From an uncultured Aquificales bacterium (GTDB lineage: Bacteria; Aquificota; Aquificia; Aquificales; Hydrogenothermaceae), in assembly GCA_964582875.1 (NCBI GenBank), contig CAZOTZ010000003.1, positions 1 through 52,180 of the forward strand: DNA of 52,180 nucleotides, given 5' to 3'. The notes under the pieces are model-generated. The model did no database searches and was not told where the DNA came from. It saw nothing but the letters and a program-made list of their open reading frames with translations. The translations under genes and the position numbers were made by a program. Shown one piece after another: positions 46,850-52,180 of the stretch (positions within the stretch are counted from its first letter, which is position 1; each line of letters begins with the position of its first letter).

Positions 46850-47451
46850 ATCCTTGTTTTATGTTCAAGGGCTTTAGATATTGTGAAATCATCTGCATTT
46901 TCTAAAGAAGCCCCAAAAGGAAGTCCATAAGCTATCCTTGTAAGGATAACATCTTTGTCTTTTAAAAGATTGTAAATGTAAGATACTGTAGCTTCCCCTT
47001 CTACAGTTGGGTTTGTAGCAAGTAAAACCTCTTTAACAGGCTCTTTTTCTATTCTTTTTAGAAGGGAGTCTATATTAAGTTTATCTGGTGTTATTCCTTC
47101 AAGGGGGGATAATCGTCCCCCTAAAACATGGTAAAGACCTTTGTACTTCCCTGTATTCTCAATTGCATAAGCATCAAAGCTTTCTTCAACAACGCATATA
47201 ACTGACCTATCCCTTTCTTCTGAAGAACAGACATCACATACCTCTTTATCTGTGTAAAGACCACATTCTTTACAAGGATGAATTTTATCAAGAACATCAT
47301 ATATAGTTTTTAAAACATTGAAAGCCTCTCCCCTTGGCATATTTAACAGGTTGAGTATAAGGTTTTTAGCAGATTTTTCCCCATAACCTGGAAATTGGGA
47401 AATCTGCTCAACAGCTTCTTCAAGAAGTTCAGGTATTATATCTACTTTCAT
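46846..47451 (-). CDS. recR: Recombination protein RecR
   Basis: HhH (FPGYGEKSAKNL), C4 zinc finger (CKECG...CDVC) and Toprim (ICVVEE). Confidence 0.93.
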   Translation of the reverse strand: MKVDIIPELLEEAVEQISQFPGYGEKSAKNLILNLLNMPRGEAFNVLKTIYDVLDKIHPCKECGLYTDKEVCDVCSSEERDRSVICVVEESFDAYAIENTGKYKGLYHVLGGRLSPLEGITPDKLNIDSLLKRIEKEPVKEVLLATNPTVEGEATVSYIYNLLKDKDVILTRIAYGLPFGASLENADDFTISKALEHKTRI

Positions 47452-47783
47452 TAGAATAAATTCCCTAATCCTGGAATATTTGATGGTAGTCCTGTAGCCT
47501 TTGCCATTTTTTCAGCTAAAACTTCTTTTGTTCTTGAATTCGCTTCATTCATAGCCGAGATAAGAAGCTCTTTTAAAACAGGATAATTTTCTTCATTTAA
47601 CATACTTTTGTCTATTTCTAAATCTATTACTTCTCCTATTCCATTTGTTATAAGCTTTACCATTCCACCACCAACTTCTACAACAATCTTTTCATTCCTC
47701 AGCTCTTCTTTTGCCTTTTCCATATTTTCCTGCATAGTTTTAAGCTGTTTCATCATTTCCCCTAAGTTTCCAAAGTTAAACAT
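47451..47783 (-). CDS. ybaB: Nucleoid-associated protein YbaB/EbfC
   Basis: 110 aa. MMKQLKTMQENMEKAKEEL...VEVGGGMVKLITNG is the family signature. The dnaX-ybaB-recR order is conserved. Confidence 0.9.
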   Translation of the reverse strand: MFNFGNLGEMMKQLKTMQENMEKAKEELRNEKIVVEVGGGMVKLITNGIGEVIDLEIDKSMLNEENYPVLKELLISAMNEANSRTKEVLAEKMAKATGLPSNIPGLGNLF

Positions 47784-49223
47784 CTACTCCTCCTTGTAGG
47801 TGATTATTTTTCCTTTAAATAAATCTAAAACTTTATCAACAGCTTCATCTCTCTTTTTAGTTTTTGTTTCTTTTTTCGTTTGAATCCCTTCAACTCTAAC
47901 AGGCTTTGGGAAGAATTTTGATATAACATCTAACTTTTGATTTATAACATCAACAAGACTTTTATCAACAAGTATAACAAACTCTTCTTCTGTTTCTTTT
48001 ATACTGGATTTTTTTAAAGCAGCTGCTACTATTCCTCCTGCCTCTTTCCCTGCTTTTAAGATTGCACTCTGTATGCTAAAGCTCTCTTTTTGCTCTTTAT
48101 CTGTTTTTTCTTCTACTTTTTTGGAAGATGTTTCAATAGATACGCCTTTTTCTAAAAGCTCTTTAATAGAAACAAGATTTTTAATGTACTTGAGTTTTAA
48201 AATAGCAAGTTCATAAACATGTTTTGGGTTTGGAAAGGATTTAGACTCAATAAAAGCTTTGTTAAAAATAGTCTGTATGTATATAAGATTTTCCATATCT
48301 TCTTCAGAAAAGATATCCCCTTTTCCTTCTGTTGCCAACAACATCATCTCTTGATGAACTCTATCAAGTACCTGTTTCCAGAAAACGTTAAGGTCATATC
48401 CTTCTTCATCAAGTTTTTCAATACCTTTTATAAGTGTTTTTATATCTTTTTCCTTTAAAAGTGTTAAAAATCTCTCAATTATTTTTTCAGGTATAAAACC
48501 AAGGAGTTCTTCTACAGATTTTAGTGTTATTTTCCCACCTCCAAAAGTTACAGCCTGGTCTAAAAGGCTTGCTGCATCCCTCAAACCTCCTGCACTTGCT
48601 TCAGCAAGAAGTGAAAGACCTTTTTCCTCGTACTGTATGCCTTCGTTTTCAAGTATTCTTTTAAGGTAGTTTTCTACCTGTTTTTTTGTTGGTGGTTTGA
48701 ATATAAAAGTCTGGCATCTTGATTTTATTGTATCTGGTATTTTATGGAGTTCAGTTGTTGCGAGTATAAATACATTGTGGGGAGGTGGTTCTTCAAGGGT
48801 TTTTAAAAGAGCATTAAAAGCTTCCCTTGTTAACATGTGGGCTTCATCTATTATGTAAACTTTGTATCTTCCTTTTATTGGTGCGTATGTAACATTTTCC
48901 CTTAAAGCCCTAATATCGTCTATTCCCCTGTTTGAAGCTGCGTCAATCTCATACATATCAGGGAAAGAACCTTTTGTTATCTCAATACAGTTTTCACACT
49001 TTCCACATGGGGAAGATGTTATCCCTTTTTCACAGTTAAGACATTTTGTTAAAATCCTTGCTGTCGTTGTCTTCCCAAGACCCCGTGAACCTGAAAATAT
49101 ATACGCATGGGCAAATCTATCCATTTCAATAGCATTTTTTAGAGTCCTTACAATAGCTTCCTGTCCAACAATCTCATCAAAAGTTTTAGGTCTGTATTTC
49201 CTTGCAAAAGACTCGTAAGCCAA
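47784..49223 (-). CDS. dnaX: DNA polymerase III gamma/tau subunit
   Basis: KYRPKTFDEIVGQE, GSRGLGKTT Walker A, zinc module CLNCEKGITSSPCGKCENC, IIDEAHML and SRC motif KSRCQ. Confidence 0.95.
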   Translation of the reverse strand: MAYESFARKYRPKTFDEIVGQEAIVRTLKNAIEMDRFAHAYIFSGSRGLGKTTTARILTKCLNCEKGITSSPCGKCENCIEITKGSFPDMYEIDAASNRGIDDIRALRENVTYAPIKGRYKVYIIDEAHMLTREAFNALLKTLEEPPPHNVFILATTELHKIPDTIKSRCQTFIFKPPTKKQVENYLKRILENEGIQYEEKGLSLLAEASAGGLRDAASLLDQAVTFGGGKITLKSVEELLGFIPEKIIERFLTLLKEKDIKTLIKGIEKLDEEGYDLNVFWKQVLDRVHQEMMLLATEGKGDIFSEEDMENLIYIQTIFNKAFIESKSFPNPKHVYELAILKLKYIKNLVSIKELLEKGVSIETSSKKVEEKTDKEQKESFSIQSAILKAGKEAGGIVAAALKKSSIKETEEEFVILVDKSLVDVINQKLDVISKFFPKPVRVEGIQTKKETKTKKRDEAVDKVLDLFKGKIITYKEE

Positions 49224-49308
49224 ACTAAACTCCTGAAAGCTGATTTTAAACTATTTTAATGCAATTAATATAAATATTTGGTAAAAAATTTCCATAATTT
49301 CAATCATT

Positions 49309-50088
49309 TCAGAGCCAGTAGGCTTTTATATTTCCTTTTATCCAGTCCCAGAGAACTTTTTTTGCTGTTCTATCAAGGTCTATTTCTCCTCCTGAAACCC
49401 TGTAGTTTAGTTTCTCTCCTATTTTTTTTAGTGTTTCAAAAGCATCTTCTGAAGCTTCTACTTTGTAGGTTTCTTTTATAGCCTGTGGTCTATGGTTTAT
49501 TATTTTTTCAAGTAGTTTTACAGCAACATCAACAGGCTGTTCAAGTTTTTCAGGGAGCCACGAACCTTTAATAGCTAAATCATCCTGGTATTCAAGGGTA
49601 ATTATTCCCGGGGTATCTATCAGGAATACGTTGTTCGCAAGTTTCACAAGCATTTCCCCTCTTGTCATCCCTGGTTTAGGAGATGTTGTAGCTACTTTTT
49701 TCTTTTTTAATGTGTTTATAACAGATGATTTACCAACATTTGGATATCCTAAAACACCGATTTTTATTATCTTTCCTTTTTTTGATAGTTTTTTAATAAG
49801 ATTTTCAATTTCTCTTCTTCCAATATTTTTATGAGCTGAAAAAAGAATAACTGGATACTCCTTTTCAATCTCTTTTTTTGCTTTTTGGACAAAATCTTTC
49901 GGAACTAAGTCTATTTTATTCATTATTATGTAAAGCTCTTTCCCCATTTCTTTAGCAAGATTTTCAACAACAGAGTTCCTTGTTTCATCTGGTACCCGGG
50001 CATCTATAACTTCAAAGATAACATTTGCGTTCCTTAACACCTTTTTTGCTATACTCTTTTCTCTAAGCCATTCCCTTGGTTTTTCCAT
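49309..50088 (-). CDS. Circularly permuted ribosome-biogenesis GTPase (YlqF/RbgA family)
   Basis: Motif order is G4 (NKIDL), then G1 (GYPNVGKSS), then G3 (DTPG); 259 aa. Confidence 0.8.
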   Translation of the reverse strand: MEKPREWLREKSIAKKVLRNANVIFEVIDARVPDETRNSVVENLAKEMGKELYIIMNKIDLVPKDFVQKAKKEIEKEYPVILFSAHKNIGRREIENLIKKLSKKGKIIKIGVLGYPNVGKSSVINTLKKKKVATTSPKPGMTRGEMLVKLANNVFLIDTPGIITLEYQDDLAIKGSWLPEKLEQPVDVAVKLLEKIINHRPQAIKETYKVEASEDAFETLKKIGEKLNYRVSGGEIDLDRTAKKVLWDWIKGNIKAYWL

Positions 50089-50143
50089 AACTAAGCTCCA
50101 ATGATTTATAATAGTCTTTCCATATATCTTTCCGGAGAAGAGC

Positions 50144-52180
50144 TTGGGAAAAAAATTCCTATCTATTTTAACATCTGTATACGTTTGTTTTTCCTTTTCT
50201 TATGCAAGTGGAGATAAAGTAGTTCTTGAGGCAAACTCTGTAAATGAAATAAATAACGTTATTGAAGCTAAAGGAAATGTTGTTGTTAAATACAGAGATT
50301 TTGTTTTAAAAGCTGATAATGTTAAATACAACACAAAAAAACAGGAAATCTTCCTTAAAGGACATATAACCTTAACAGGAAAAAAAGTACTTATAAAAGC
50401 AAAAGAGGGCTGGGTTAATATTAAAGATGAAACTGGAAGATTTAAAGACGTAGTTATAACAGTGGAAAACAGATATTTTATAAAAGCTAAAGAGATATAC
50501 AAGAAAAAGGACAGATTTTATTTTAAAAAAGGTGAGTTTTCCCAGTGTAGAATAGAAAAAAGGGACTGGTATGTAAAAGCCCATAAAGGTGATATAAAAG
50601 TAAATGACAAAATCCGAGCTTACAATTTAACGTTTAACTTTTTTAATATCCCGGTTTTTTACTCCCCTTACTTTACATACCCTACATCCCAGAGGAAAAC
50701 AGGTTTTTTAGTTCCAGAAGTTGGAAGTGATTCTTACAATAATATGTTTGTAAAACTGCCTTACTTTTACATAATAAATGATTACTCTGATATAACAGCA
50801 ACAGTTGATTATAGGGATAAACAGGGGGAAGGGCTTGATTTAGAGTATAGAACTAAACTAAGTAAAAACTCAAGTTTCAAAGGAAACTTTTTTTACTTTA
50901 GAGATAGAGGAAAAGGAAGCTGGTGGACAGGAAGGAATACATCTCCTTTAGAAAATAGATGGAGGATAAAAGGGACAGGAAAGTTTAAATGGAAAGATTT
51001 TGATATAAATGCAAATGTAGATTTACCAAGTGACCAGTTTTTTTATGAAGATTTTTACAATGCTTCAGACCTGAGATACCTTTCATATACAAAGTCCCAG
51101 ATTTTAGCTACAAAAAATACAAAAAAATACACCCTTGAAGTTAACTTTAACTACATATACGATTTAAGCAGTCCTAATAACAGGAAAACCCTTCAAAGAC
51201 TTCCTGAAATCAGGTTTTACTATAAAAAAAGAAAATTGTTTGATAGATTTCCCCTTTATTTTGATTTTCTTTCTGTGAACACAAATTTTTACAGAGAAGA
51301 GGGGGAAAAAGCTATAAGGTCAGACAATATACTTGGATTTGGACTTTACACCCCTTTTGGTAAATTTTATAACGATTTAGAGGTACTCCCAAGGTATACA
51401 GCTTACTTTTTTATAAATGGGAACTTAAAAAACAGCAGATATAGAAGTCTTATCCAGCTAAAGGATACACTAAGGTATTTTTCCCATAGGACATTCAAGT
51501 ATTTTTCTCTTTCAACAATTCCACAAGTAGAGATAAACAACGTACCAGCTTCTAACCAGGGAAAACTTCCCTTTTTTGATAAAGAAGATAGACTTAAAGA
51601 GAAAAGTGATATAAATATATCTTTATTTAACATACTTGATTTTAAAAATGATTCTTTCCTGAGATGGGAGCTTTCAACAGGTTATGCGAGGAAAGGGGTT
51701 TATTTTGTTTCTGATAACGCTTACAGAGGATACTGGAAACCTTTGAAAAACAGTCTTTTGTTTGATATTTATGGATTTAAAGGGGAACAGCTTCTTTTTT
51801 ATGATTTTCTCCTTGGATACATAACCAGGTCAATCACTTCTTTTTCTATACCTCTAACAGACAGTATAACTTATACTTTTACCCACTCTTTTGACAAAGG
51901 AAAAAAGGAAGAGAGTCTAAATCAGATTTATCAGAGTTTAAAAGCCAAATACAAAGATTTTTTACTTGAAGCCTCTATACTAAACAATATAAAACATGGA
52001 TACACCCAGCAAAAAAGATTAAAACTCACATACGATAGGGGTTGCTGGAGTTTCAGTATAAAGTATGTTGAAGATTACAATGTTGAATCAGGAAAAACTT
52101 TCAGCAGTATAGTTCTTGCTGTTGATATCCTTTCAACAGAATACAAAATACCTTTTGTCCAATCATCTGGCTCCCAGTAA
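50144..52180 (+). CDS. lptD: LPS-assembly outer-membrane protein LptD (OstA/Imp). TTG start inferred.
   Basis: The N-terminal OstA-like jellyroll has NVIEAKGNVVVKYRDFVLKADNVKYN and KGHITLTG. It is followed by a Tyr/Phe-rich beta-barrel region (FLVPEVG, alternating aromatic strands). GGAGAAG lies upstream of the TTG. The stop falls at the window end. Confidence 0.8.
   Translation: MGKKFLSILTSVYVCFSFSYASGDKVVLEANSVNEINNVIEAKGNVVVKYRDFVLKADNVKYNTKKQEIFLKGHITLTGKKVLIKAKEGWVNIKDETGRFKDVVITVENRYFIKAKEIYKKKDRFYFKKGEFSQCRIEKRDWYVKAHKGDIKVNDKIRAYNLTFNFFNIPVFYSPYFTYPTSQRKTGFLVPEVGSDSYNNMFVKLPYFYIINDYSDITATVDYRDKQGEGLDLEYRTKLSKNSSFKGNFFYFRDRGKGSWWTGRNTSPLENRWRIKGTGKFKWKDFDINANVDLPSDQFFYEDFYNASDLRYLSYTKSQILATKNTKKYTLEVNFNYIYDLSSPNNRKTLQRLPEIRFYYKKRKLFDRFPLYFDFLSVNTNFYREEGEKAIRSDNILGFGLYTPFGKFYNDLEVLPRYTAYFFINGNLKNSRYRSLIQLKDTLRYFSHRTFKYFSLSTIPQVEINNVPASNQGKLPFFDKEDRLKEKSDINISLFNILDFKNDSFLRWELSTGYARKGVYFVSDNAYRGYWKPLKNSLLFDIYGFKGEQLLFYDFLLGYITRSITSFSIPLTDSITYTFTHSFDKGKKEESLNQIYQSLKAKYKDFLLEASILNNIKHGYTQQKRLKLTYDRGCWSFSIKYVEDYNVESGKTFSSIVLAVDILSTEYKIPFVQSSGSQ

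Noticed and set aside
48676-48692. A-rich slippery-looking run (ACA AAA AAA CAG on the coding strand) in dnaX as a possible gamma/tau frameshift site
   Set aside because: It lies at about residue 178 inside the AAA+ module. A frameshift there would destroy the clamp-loader fold. Known dnaX recoding sites lie after domain III. Such A-runs are common in this AT-rich genome.

Overview
This is an AT-rich, gene-dense chromosomal window with about 50 real CDS, short intergenic gaps and many GGGC..GCCC hairpin terminators. The K/E-rich proteins and gene content suggest a thermophilic, flagellated bacterium. Supporting content includes a split F1Fo ATP synthase operon, a non-classical SdhB plus CCG-domain fumarate reductase/SDH, a thioredoxin-like [2Fe-2S] ferredoxin and ThyX. 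Aquificota (Persephonella/Sulfurihydrogenibium-like) is my guess by inference, not a database result. Most genes are housekeeping: atpF2-F-H-A-G-D, secDF, clpB, aroE, argF, relA/spoT, thiC behind a clear TPP riboswitch, uvrC, recR, ybaB, dnaX and lptD. I found no tRNA, rRNA, CRISPR array, transposase or integrase, and no convincing self-contained novel system. The best leads are listed here. (1) An orphan 804-aa periplasmic cytochrome with seven CXXCH motifs and a large haem-free N-terminal module. (2) A translationally coupled operon of a macro domain, a membrane-anchored coiled-coil/Mrr-like nuclease-fold protein and an M16 peptidase. (3) An oversized ClpB with a coiled-coil insertion splitting its N-domain and an in-frame 162-nt duplication in the M-domain. 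(4) A lipoprotein with eight PPxYxTVTKKVLV-type repeats and a peptidoglycan-binding domain. (5) An atypical long ThyX with RHT in place of RHR. (6) A haem-c (CXXCH) chemoreceptor. (7) A candidate small RNA with a CCUCCUCCCC stretch, plus several perfect palindromic operator candidates. Many long ORFs in the track are Ser/Leu/Phe-rich antisense shadows of real genes and were discarded.
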